Positions 1 through 10,324 of a DNA stretch of 20,000 bases are shown here, piece after piece. The translations under genes were made by a program, and so were the position numbers. The stretch lies in the sequence record DRR723986_4928. One strand, given 5' to 3'. Every line of letters starts with the position of its first letter. Position 1 is the stretch's first letter. Under the pieces are notes generated by a model. The model searched no databases. It was not told the DNA's origin and saw nothing but the letters and a program-made list of their open reading frames with translations.

Positions 1-1845
<1,845 letters not shown>

Positions 1846-2316
1846 TTATTGGGGATTCCCACTTTCCGGCGCTGGCGTTTCCGGTTCTGGCTCAGCCGCA
1901 GCCTCGCCCGTTCCTTCTGCCGGTTCCATTGCAGCATCTGGTGTCGTGACACTCTCGTCCGAAAGGCCGGACTGCCCCGAGAGCAGCGGAGCCGACGGAT
2001 CGAACAGATCGGTGGGTGTGCTCGGTGCAGGTGCAGTGTCCTCTGGCGCCAGCACGCGCTCAATGTCCGACCGTGTGTCGGTTTCGCGGTTGGCCAGAGT
2101 GGTCAGCGCGAGACTGGTGATGAAAAAGATCGCACCAAAAATGATGGTCGAACGCACGATAGCGCCCGCAGCACCGCGGCCAGACAGCAGTGAGTTTGCT
2201 CCACCGCCGCCACCGCCGCCGATTCCAAGACCGCCGCCTTCCGACTTCTGAACCAGCACCAGCCCGATCATGACCAGGCAAGCGAGGATGTGGATCACCA
2301 GGATAACGTTCTGCAT
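1846..2316 (-). CDS. secG: Preprotein translocase subunit SecG with a long acidic/Pro-rich C-terminal tail
   Basis: Start chosen at ATG 2316 (MQNVILVIHILACLVMIGLVLVQKSEGGGLG); two hydrophobic segments flank a Gly-rich loop; conserved tpiA-secG-pyrG order; 156 aa. Confidence 0.93.
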   Translation of the reverse strand: MQNVILVIHILACLVMIGLVLVQKSEGGGLGIGGGGGGGANSLLSGRGAAGAIVRSTIIFGAIFFITSLALTTLANRETDTRSDIERVLAPEDTAPAPSTPTDLFDPSAPLLSGQSGLSDESVTTPDAAMEPAEGTGEAAAEPEPETPAPESGNPQ

Positions 2317-2402
2317 GACAAATCCGATACGTTTCGTCCAAGGCGCCCGCATATAGGCAATGCGCGCGCAGGCCAAGTGCTGCCTTCAGTCAGAATGGGA
2401 AA

Positions 2403-3146
2403 TCAGGCTTTTGCGTAAATGGCGAGAAAGTCGGTCGCCTTCAAGCTTGCACCGCCAATCAGGCCGCCATTGACGTTTTTTACTGACAGCAAATCGCCCG
2501 CATTGTCCGGCTTCATACTGCCACCGTATAGAATCGGGACCAGGTTCGCTTCAGAACCGAACACATCCGCGAGACAGGCCCGCAGGGCGTTGTGCATTTC
2601 GTCGACTGCCTCAACGGTGGCGACATTGCCGGTGCCGATAGCCCAGACAGGCTCGTAGGCGATGACCACGCTGGCTGCAGCAGCTCCCTCAGGAAGCGAT
2701 GCGCGCAGCATGCCCGTGACGACCTCAATCGCTTTTCCGCTGTCGCGTTCTGCGGCCGTTTCACCGACGCAAATGATGGGGGTGATCCCGGCGCGAAGCG
2801 CTGCAGCAGCTTGCGAAGCCACAATTTCACTCGTTTCACCATGGTCCGCGCGGCGCTCTGAATGGCCGACAATCACATAGGAGGCACCAGCATCGGCGAG
2901 CATTTCGGCGGATACGTCACCAGTATGGGCCCCGTTCTCATTGGTGTGGCAGGTTTCCCCGCCAACCTTCAGCGCTGAGCCCCGAGCCTGGTCGGCAGCC
3001 TGCATGAGAAGCGTCGCAGGAACGCAGATCAGCGCCTCGACATTTTCCTTTGCCGGGGTCACGCCACCCGCAATCGCGACGATTTCCACCAACGAGGCGC
3101 GAAGCCCATTCATCTTCCAGTTCCCGGCAATTAGTGTCCGTGCCAT
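2403..3146 (-). CDS. tpiA: Triosephosphate isomerase
   Basis: Motifs IAGNWKMN, GAHTGDVS, VGHSERR, AYEPVWAIGTG, LYGGS, GLIGGASL; 247 aa. Confidence 0.99.
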   Translation of the reverse strand: MARTLIAGNWKMNGLRASLVEIVAIAGGVTPAKENVEALICVPATLLMQAADQARGSALKVGGETCHTNENGAHTGDVSAEMLADAGASYVIVGHSERRADHGETSEIVASQAAAALRAGITPIICVGETAAERDSGKAIEVVTGMLRASLPEGAAAASVVIAYEPVWAIGTGNVATVEAVDEMHNALRACLADVFGSEANLVPILYGGSMKPDNAGDLLSVKNVNGGLIGGASLKATDFLAIYAKA

Positions 3147-3229
3147 CAGCGTTACCTATCTTGATTGACTTTGCCGGGTCGCCTAGCAAGCACTGAGCCA
3201 TCCTGCAAATAGTTGAAAGTACCAGCCTC

Positions 3230-5146
3230 ATGCTCGCGCTGATGAAACGCCTGACCCAATCGATTCTTGGCAAGTTCATTGCCATGATCATCATTGCAGG
3301 CATGGCGTTCTGGGGCGTCGACCAGATTTTCAACCAGGTCCGCAACGGCCTCGGCTCCGACCTCATGGCAGCCGGAAAGTCTTCGGTGACCGTCGAAGAC
3401 TTCGACCGTCGCATTGAAGTGATGCTGCGGAACGTAAACCTGCAGAACGACAACCCGATCACCAAGGATGAGGCGCTTGAGCGCGGCATGGTTGATCAGG
3501 TTCTTCAACTCGAACAATCCCAGACGACCATTCTTGGCTTTGCTTCCAAAATCGGCGTCGCACCCTCTGCAGATGCTGTGGTGGCGGAACTCCGGAAGCA
3601 GGATGCTTTCAAGAACCCGCTGACGGGTGAGCTGGATCTGGCGACATACCAGCGCGTTCTGGCGCAGAATCGATTCTCCCAGGAGGAGTACGAGGCCCAG
3701 GTCAAGAGCGATCTGACCCTTCAGACTCTCCAGACAGCGACAATCGCCGGTCTGATGGCACCGGACGTGATGAAGGCCGTCCAGTCGCGTTACCTGGCTG
3801 AATCCAGGGATGTGGCCTGGTTCATCCTCGATGCAGCCGACGTGCCGAAACCGGAAACGCCCACAGAAGAAGAAGTTCTTGCCTTCTACAATGAAAATCT
3901 AGACGCGCTGAAACAGCCGGAGCGCCGCGGGATTGATCTGGCAAAGGTTTCTGCTGATGATTTCCTGAGCCAGGTCGAAGTCACCGAGCAGGAAGTCGCA
4001 ACCATCTATGAAGCTGGCAAGTCGGAACGCTTTTCCGAACCAGAACAGCGGACATATGTCGAGATGATGTTCGACTCCCGGGATGCTGCCCGGAATGCTT
4101 TCGGCGCCCTTGCCGGTGGCGCCGATCCATCTACCCTTCAGGGGGTTGTATCCCGCGAGTCCAAAACCTCCTTGGCCGAGGACGTAGATGACCAGCTGCT
4201 TCGCGACGCAATGTTCGGCCCGGGCAAACAAAGCGGCGCGCTTTTCGGACCCAAGGATATGGGCGATGGCCGGTGGCTGATTGCGCGACTTGTGTCGATC
4301 CAGCCAGGCGCTGTTTTTCCGATTGAATCCGTAGCTGAAGAAATCCGTACAGGCCTGGCACGCGAACGGGCGACGCTGCTTCTGTATGACAAACTCGAAG
4401 CCCTCGACCGCTCAATCAATGCGGGTTTCGATCTGAACCAGATCGCGGAGGAACTCGGAGTTCCGGTGATATCATTCGAGCCGGTCGACAAAAATGGATA
4501 CACCGAAGACGGCTTGCCAATGATCGGCTTGCTTGATGCGGGCGATGCTTTCCAGCAAGCCTTTACCATGAATGTGAACGACACGTCCGGCCAGTTCACA
4601 AAGGATGATGTGACTTATGTCATCTCCACCCGCAAGATTGTTCCGCCTTCCACACCGGACTTCGAAGAGGTGAAGGACGATGTGCGTCAGGCGCTCATCA
4701 TGCGCAATGAGGGCGAAGCGGCTCAAAAGGCGGTCCAGGCCATCAAGGACAAGATCGAAAGCGGAGCCTCAACGCTCGAAGCCGAAGCGCGCGCCGTGAA
4801 TGCCGAGATCGAAACACCCCCTGCTTCGGTGACCCGGATGAACGCTGAAGACAGCGGACTGCCGAATTCAGCGATTGGTGGCATCTTTTCCGGAAAGCCC
4901 GGCGAAGTCTTTACCTATCCCAATCGCACAGGCGACAAGTACATGATCGTTCAGCTCGAGTCTGTGAACGATCCGTCTGCAGCGGACCTCAGCGCCGCAG
5001 CCCCGAACGCTTCAAGCGTCCTGATCTCCACGCTCGATTCAGACCTGGTAGAAGCAATGGAAGCCGAAATGGCGGGTGCCGTGAAACTCCGGGTCAACAA
5101 CGCAGCCTACAACGCCTACAAGGCGTCGATCTCGACAGACCAATGA
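3230..5146 (+). CDS. ppiD: Periplasmic chaperone PpiD/SurA-N-domain protein (parvulin-like)
   Basis: N-terminal membrane anchor (KFIAMIIIAGMAFWG), SurA_N-like region (F.NP.TG.LD...YQRVLAQN), PERR and PEQRT motifs; 638 aa; divergent from tpiA and directly upstream of trp genes, as in other alphaproteobacteria. Confidence 0.85.
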   Translation: MLALMKRLTQSILGKFIAMIIIAGMAFWGVDQIFNQVRNGLGSDLMAAGKSSVTVEDFDRRIEVMLRNVNLQNDNPITKDEALERGMVDQVLQLEQSQTTILGFASKIGVAPSADAVVAELRKQDAFKNPLTGELDLATYQRVLAQNRFSQEEYEAQVKSDLTLQTLQTATIAGLMAPDVMKAVQSRYLAESRDVAWFILDAADVPKPETPTEEEVLAFYNENLDALKQPERRGIDLAKVSADDFLSQVEVTEQEVATIYEAGKSERFSEPEQRTYVEMMFDSRDAARNAFGALAGGADPSTLQGVVSRESKTSLAEDVDDQLLRDAMFGPGKQSGALFGPKDMGDGRWLIARLVSIQPGAVFPIESVAEEIRTGLARERATLLLYDKLEALDRSINAGFDLNQIAEELGVPVISFEPVDKNGYTEDGLPMIGLLDAGDAFQQAFTMNVNDTSGQFTKDDVTYVISTRKIVPPSTPDFEEVKDDVRQALIMRNEGEAAQKAVQAIKDKIESGASTLEAEARAVNAEIETPPASVTRMNAEDSGLPNSAIGGIFSGKPGEVFTYPNRTGDKYMIVQLESVNDPSAADLSAAAPNASSVLISTLDSDLVEAMEAEMAGAVKLRVNNAAYNAYKASISTDQ

Positions 5147-6570
5147 GCCAGGCCAAACTGATCGTTCGCCGGCGGATCGGGGATGTCGAAACGCCAGTAG
5201 GCGCAATGTTGAAACTGGGTGTCGACGCACCTGGCAGTTTCCTTTTCGAGTCTATCGCTGGCGGAGAGCGGCTTGGCCGTTACTCTTTCATCGGCGGTGC
5301 GCCGCAGATCTGGTTTCGGATTCTGGATGGCGTGGCCGAGACCGCGACACAGGCGGACTTCTCCGACGCGAAGCGTTTTGAGGGTACGCCCGTGGAGGCT
5401 TTGCGTACGTTTGTGACCTCTGCCCGGGCTGAAACTGAAGAAGACCTGCCGCCCATGGCTTCTGGAGCATTCGGGTATGTCGGTTACGACATGATCCAGC
5501 ATGTCGAACCGGTCACAATAACCAAACCTGCCGCGCTCAATGTGCCTGAAGCGCTATTGGTTATTCCGAAAGTCGTCATTGTGTTTGATCACATCTATCA
5601 GGAATTGCTGCTGATCGGACGGATCGAGAATGGCAATGATGACGAAATCAATCGGCAGCTCGACGAAATAGAACAGCAGCTCCAGTCGCTACCCGTCCTG
5701 CCTCCAGCAGACCAGTCGGCAGAGCCGGTCGAATTGACTTCAAACACAAGCAAGGAGCGCTATTTCGAGATTGTCGACCAATGCCGGGATTACATCAAGG
5801 CAGGCGATATCTTCCAGGTCGTCCCCAGCCAGCGCTTCTCGACACCATTTAACAAGAAATCGATCAGCTTCTATCGTGCCCTCCGGAGATTAAACCCGTC
5901 GGCATTCATGTTTCACATGAACCTCGGCGATGTCCGCCTTGTCGGCTCCAGCCCTGAAATTCTGGTTCGTGTCCGGAACGGCCGTGTTGCCATCCGGCCA
6001 ATCGCAGGAACACGTCCTCGTTCGGGTGATCCGGTAGAGGACGCGAAACGGGCTGAAAGCCTTCTGAATGATCCGAAGGAAATTGCCGAACACCTCATGC
6101 TGCTAGATCTCGGCCGCAACGATGTCGGCCGTGTCGCTGCATACGGAAGTGTTCAGGTGACGGAACAATTCATCGTCGAGCGCTACAGCCATGTGATGCA
6201 CATCGTGAGCCATGTCGAGGGCGACCTTCGTGAAGGCCTCGACGCGGTCGACGCGCTGTTTGCAGGCTTCCCTGCGGGGACGGTCTCCGGGGCACCGAAG
6301 ATCCGCGCCATGCAGATCATCGACGAAATGGAAACAAACGCCCGCGAGATTTATGGCGGCGCGGTTGGATATTTCGGCTGGAACGGCGATCTGGACACCT
6401 GCATCGCCCTGCGGACAGCAGTCCTGAAAGATGGCCAGCTTCATATCCAGGCGGGTGGTGGCGTCGTGCTCGATTCCGATCCGCAGTACGAATATGACGA
6501 GACCCAGCACAAGGCCGGTGCCCTGAAACGCGCCGCCGAACTGGCTGCAGCTTACGAGTTCGACCAATGA
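5143..6570 (+). CDS. trpE: Anthranilate synthase component I
   Basis: FLFES, GRYSFIG, GDIFQVVPSQR, GSSPEILV, PIAGTRPR, AEHLMLLDLGRND, YSHVMHIVS, FPAGTVSGAPKIRAM; ATGA overlap with the ppiD stop. Confidence 0.97.
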   Translation: MSQAKLIVRRRIGDVETPVGAMLKLGVDAPGSFLFESIAGGERLGRYSFIGGAPQIWFRILDGVAETATQADFSDAKRFEGTPVEALRTFVTSARAETEEDLPPMASGAFGYVGYDMIQHVEPVTITKPAALNVPEALLVIPKVVIVFDHIYQELLLIGRIENGNDDEINRQLDEIEQQLQSLPVLPPADQSAEPVELTSNTSKERYFEIVDQCRDYIKAGDIFQVVPSQRFSTPFNKKSISFYRALRRLNPSAFMFHMNLGDVRLVGSSPEILVRVRNGRVAIRPIAGTRPRSGDPVEDAKRAESLLNDPKEIAEHLMLLDLGRNDVGRVAAYGSVQVTEQFIVERYSHVMHIVSHVEGDLREGLDAVDALFAGFPAGTVSGAPKIRAMQIIDEMETNAREIYGGAVGYFGWNGDLDTCIALRTAVLKDGQLHIQAGGGVVLDSDPQYEYDETQHKAGALKRAAELAAAYEFDQ

Positions 6571-7145
6571 GCGGGAAGAAAATCCTCGTCATAGACAATT
6601 ATGACAGCTTCACCTGGAACCTCGTCCATTATCTGGAAGAGCTGGGCGCAGACACGACGGTTGTCCGCAACGATGAAATGACAGTCGAAGAAGCGCTGGC
6701 GAGTGGAGTCGATGGCGTACTCCTCTCCCCTGGTCCGTGCACACCAAATGAAGCCGGGATCTGCGTCGACCTTATCCGGCAAGCGCCGGACGATCTGCCA
6801 ATTCTCGGCGTCTGCCTTGGGCATCAGTCCATCGGGCAAGCTTTTGGCGGGAAAGTGATCACCGCCCGGGAAATCCGGCACGGCAAGCTATCGGACATTC
6901 ATCAGAGCGGCGGCGACCTGTTTGAAGGCCTGCCAGAAACGTTCCGCGTCGTCCGCTACCACTCATTGGCCGTCCGTCCGGAAGACCTGCCAGAGGCTCT
7001 GGTCGCAGACGCCTACACTGACGACGGCGAGATCATGGCCCTGCATCACAAGACCCGTCCGGTCTATGGCGTGCAATTCCATCCGGAGAGCATCCTGACA
7101 GAGCACGGTCACGCGCTCCTCAAGAACTGGCTCGACAAACTCTGA
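6567..7145 (+). CDS. trpG: Anthranilate synthase component II (glutamine amidotransferase)
   Basis: IDNYDSFTWNL, LSPGPCTP, GVCLGHQ, RYHSL, GVQFHPES; ATGA overlap with the trpE stop. Confidence 0.97.
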   Translation: MSGKKILVIDNYDSFTWNLVHYLEELGADTTVVRNDEMTVEEALASGVDGVLLSPGPCTPNEAGICVDLIRQAPDDLPILGVCLGHQSIGQAFGGKVITAREIRHGKLSDIHQSGGDLFEGLPETFRVVRYHSLAVRPEDLPEALVADAYTDDGEIMALHHKTRPVYGVQFHPESILTEHGHALLKNWLDKL

Positions 7146-7202
7146 GCCATACCCGGGTCAGCTATTGAGCGACGGGACCAAGACCGCTATCGGTTGCGGC
7201 CC

Positions 7203-8237
7203 ATGACCGACACTTCTCTTTCCATCGCGCTAAAAGCGCTCGCGCGTCGTCAGCCGCTTGAAGACGACATGTTGAAAGGCGCGTTTGACACGCTTCTGTC
7301 CGGAGACGCTGTGCCTGAAGAGATCGGCGCATTCCTGATGGGGCTGGCGGTGCGCGGTGAAACCGCTGACGAGCTGACAGCCGGCGCGACCATCATGCGG
7401 CAGCACGCACGCAAGGTTGTGACGGACGGGCCCCTGCTCGACACGTGCGGCACCGGCGGCCTCCCCTGGAAAAGCCTCAACACCTCCACCGCCAGCGCGA
7501 TCGTTATCGCTGCGGCTGGTGGCCGTGTCGCCAAGCATGGAAACCGCTCCGTACCCCCCAAGACGGGCTCAGCGGACGTGCTGGAGTCGCTCGGCGTTAA
7601 TCTGGAGATCAGTGAGGAAGAGTTCCTCAACTGCCTCGACGGTGCAGGCGTCGCCTTCCTGTTTGCCCGCAGTCATCACAGTGCCATGCGCCATGTTGCG
7701 CCTGTACGGGCCAAGCTCGGGATCCGCACCATCTTCAACCTGCTCGGCCCGTTGACCAATCCCGCAGGCGCCTGTCACCAAGTGCTTGGCGTTTTCGGCC
7801 CGGAATGGGTGCGCCCGATGGCTGAGACTCTAGGCCGCCTCGGAACTGAACGGGCCTGGGTGGTGCACGGTCTCGACGGAATTGACGAACTCTCGATCGC
7901 CGGACCGAGCAAAGTCTGCGAAGTGACGGAAGACGGATCGCTGAAAGACTTCGAAATTCATCCTTCGGATGCCGGATTGAACACCCATCCCCTGTCGGCC
8001 CTGGAGAGTGAAGACGTTGCCGGCAACGCGCTGGCAATAACCGAGCTGCTGGATGGACATGAAACTCCCTTCCGCGCGACAGTGTTGCTGAACGCGGCGG
8101 CGGGCCTGCATGTTCATGGCAAGGTAGCAGACCTGAAGGAAGGCGCTGGCATGGCGGCTGAGGCCATCGACTCAGGAAATGCAAAGCAGACACTTCGCAA
8201 GCTCGTGGCACTTTCTCGGGGCGAACCGATCGAATGA
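7203..8237 (+). CDS. trpD: Anthranilate phosphoribosyltransferase
   Basis: DTCGTGG, KHGNRS, GSADVLE, RTIFNLLGPLTNP, VHGLDGIDE; ATG 7203 preferred over TTG 7194. Confidence 0.96.
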   Translation: MTDTSLSIALKALARRQPLEDDMLKGAFDTLLSGDAVPEEIGAFLMGLAVRGETADELTAGATIMRQHARKVVTDGPLLDTCGTGGLPWKSLNTSTASAIVIAAAGGRVAKHGNRSVPPKTGSADVLESLGVNLEISEEEFLNCLDGAGVAFLFARSHHSAMRHVAPVRAKLGIRTIFNLLGPLTNPAGACHQVLGVFGPEWVRPMAETLGRLGTERAWVVHGLDGIDELSIAGPSKVCEVTEDGSLKDFEIHPSDAGLNTHPLSALESEDVAGNALAITELLDGHETPFRATVLLNAAAGLHVHGKVADLKEGAGMAAEAIDSGNAKQTLRKLVALSRGEPIE

Positions 8238-9037
8238 CGACGGCGCTGGACAAAATCATTGAGTACAAGCGCGATGAGGTCGCGGCTCTGAAGCGCGAGA
8301 GTCGTTTCTCCGACCTGGATGCCAAAGCCCGGTCCGCGGGTTCGCCGCGTGGGTTCGCCAAAGCCCTTTCAGCCGTTGCCGACACGGATCAGAATGCATT
8401 GATCTGCGAACTGAAGCGCAAAAGCCCTTCCGCAGGGGAGATCCTGCCTGGCGCCGATCCTGTCGGAATCGCGACGGAGTACGAAGCGGGCGGCGCAGCA
8501 TGCCTGTCGGTTCTGACGGATGGCCCAAGCTTTGGCGGCAGCCTTCAGGACTTTGCCGCGATCCGGAGGGCCGTCAGCATTCCCATGCTACGCAAGGACT
8601 TCATGATCGATCCGATACAGGTTGCCGAAGCCCGCGCCTGGGGCGCGGATTGCGTGTTGGTTATCATGGCAAGTCTGGACGACGGACAGGCTGCTGAACT
8701 GACAAATTGCGCGATCGACTATGGAATGGACGTCCTTGTGGAAACACACAATGAGGCTGAACTCGAACGTGGGCTACGCCTGCCGTCACCGCTGATTGGC
8801 GTGAACAATCGCGACCTGAAACGCATGGTGACAGATTTGTCGACCACTGAGCGGCTGGCACCTCTCATACCTCAGGACCGGCAACTGGTGGCGGAAAGTG
8901 GAATTTCCACTCCGGAACATATCGCTCGCCTACGGACGTGCGGGGCACGACGCTTCCTGATTGGTGAAAGCCTGATGAAGCGCGGATCGCTCCGGCAGTC
9001 CGCTGTCGCAGCGCTCCGCGCCGCCGGGAGCGATTGA
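8234..9037 (+). CDS. trpC: Indole-3-glycerol phosphate synthase
   Basis: [67 protein letters not shown] overlap with trpD. Confidence 0.98.
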   Translation: MTTALDKIIEYKRDEVAALKRESRFSDLDAKARSAGSPRGFAKALSAVADTDQNALICELKRKSPSAGEILPGADPVGIATEYEAGGAACLSVLTDGPSFGGSLQDFAAIRRAVSIPMLRKDFMIDPIQVAEARAWGADCVLVIMASLDDGQAAELTNCAIDYGMDVLVETHNEAELERGLRLPSPLIGVNNRDLKRMVTDLSTTERLAPLIPQDRQLVAESGISTPEHIARLRTCGARRFLIGESLMKRGSLRQSAVAALRAAGSD

Positions 9038-9047
9038 CCCGAACGGT

Positions 9048-9072
9048 GAACACATGTAGAACACATGTGAAC
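9048..9072 (+). promoter_or_regulatory. LexA (SOS) operator, alphaproteobacterial GAAC-N7-GAAC type, with an extra half-site
   Basis: GAAC(9048-51)-acatgta-GAAC(9059-62)-acatgt-GAAC(9069-72), 28-52 nt upstream of the lexA ATG; matches the known alphaproteobacterial GTTC-N7-GTTC/GAAC-N7-GAAC box. Confidence 0.85.
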
Positions 9073-9099
9073 AAAGATTCGGACCCAAGGCGGCTCAAC

Positions 9100-9783
9100 A
9101 TGTTGACTAGCAAGCAAAAAGAGCTCCTGCTCTTCATCAATGAACGTATCAAGGAAACGGGTGTCTCCCCATCCTTTGACGAGATGAAAGAAGCGCTCGA
9201 TCTGGCATCGAAATCCGGCATCCACCGTTTGATTACCGCGCTCGAAGAACGCGGCTTCATTCGCCGTCTCGCGCATCGGGCCCGCGCTCTGGAAGTCCTG
9301 AAACTGCCAGAGTCTGCGGTGGCTAGTTCCACACCCCGCGGCCGGAAGGATTTCCGCCCTGCTCTTGTCTCTGCAGGCCGCCCAGCTGCAGAAGCTTCGC
9401 CCCGTACTGTGCCTTTGATCGGACGGATTGCAGCGGGTCTGCCGATCTCAGCCATTCAGCAGGACAATGGTCATGTGAATGCGCCCGATGGCCTGTCTGA
9501 TAGCGAGGAGCATTTTGCTCTGGAAGTTCAGGGGGATTCGATGATCGACGCCGGTATTCTGGAAGGTGACATCGTGATCTGCCGCCGGACGGAATCGGCG
9601 AGCACCGGCGATATCGTTGTAGCACTGATCGATGGTGAAGAAGCCACGTTGAAGCGTTTGCGCCGGAAAGGCGCCTCTGTGGCGCTTGAGGCTGCCAATC
9701 CGGCCTATGAGACCCGCCTCTTCGGCCCGGACCGTGTCTCCGTACAGGGGCGCCTGGTTGCGCTTGTTCGCCGCTACGACTAG
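9100..9783 (+). CDS. lexA: SOS transcriptional repressor LexA
   Basis: Starts at ATG 9100: [43 protein letters not shown]; Ala-Gly cleavage site GRIAAG; catalytic Ser in GDSM and Lys in ATLKR; 227 aa. Confidence 0.98.
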   Translation: MLTSKQKELLLFINERIKETGVSPSFDEMKEALDLASKSGIHRLITALEERGFIRRLAHRARALEVLKLPESAVASSTPRGRKDFRPALVSAGRPAAEASPRTVPLIGRIAAGLPISAIQQDNGHVNAPDGLSDSEEHFALEVQGDSMIDAGILEGDIVICRRTESASTGDIVVALIDGEEATLKRLRRKGASVALEAANPAYETRLFGPDRVSVQGRLVALVRRYD

Positions 9784-10197
9784 GGGCACGCCCGCCAGGG
9801 TCGCTTCGCGCATTTTTGGTGCGCTCTGAATTATGAGCCCCTCTCCACCGGCCTTGACGGTCATACCACCCGATTGCAGCACGTCGGGCCACGGCAAATT
9901 CGTGACCCAGCCTTCCAGTATGACGGGATCTGCATCGGACTTGATGACAGGTGCAGCGACCATAGCAGTCCGGACCGCACCAGCAGCGAACCCGCCGGAT
10001 AATCTCAGCAGAACCAATGCAGGAAGGCTCAGAAGAGACACCCTCCATGTCAGACGGCAGGTCATGTAGAAGGCGCCAGCGATGATTGTGGCAACGACAC
10101 AGGGCCAAATCAGAGGCTCCGTCGTCCGCGAGAAATAGACGATTACTCCCGCACAAAGGGAAAAGCCGAGCAGCAGAGGGCGAGTATCGATTTCCAT
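9780..10197 (-). pseudogene. comEC: ComEC/Rec2 competence protein remnant (internal deletion plus frameshift)
   Basis: Sits at the syntenic comEC position between lexA and gltX. N-terminal membrane region LLGFSLCAGVIVYFSRTTEP...RTAMVAAPVI...LEGWV joins directly to a C-terminal-like segment; a +1 shift at the A5 run gives [10 protein letters not shown], with TAG at 9782-9780. About 139 codons versus several hundred for an intact ComEC. Confidence 0.75.
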
Positions 10198-10324
10198 TAT
10201 AGACCAAAGGCTGTCCCCACAGTGCTGCAATAGCTTGCGCCAGCCCCTTGCCTTCGGGAGCAACCTTGTGTTTCTGCCAGCCGGGACGCCTCATTTGTAG
10301 CATCAACCGGAGCCCTCACGAGAC

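Noticed and set aside
2202..2238. CCG/CCA repeat tract in secG
   Set aside because: It encodes the normal Gly-rich SecG loop; it is not a separate repeat element.
9034..9099. TTG-started extension of lexA
   Set aside because: It covers the SOS box; LexA similarity begins at MLT (9100).
9323..10306. 327-aa minus-strand ORF, and the full 271-aa ORF at 9448-10263
   Set aside because: Both run deep antisense into lexA. Only the part at 9780-10197 (possibly to 10294) is explained, as the comEC remnant.
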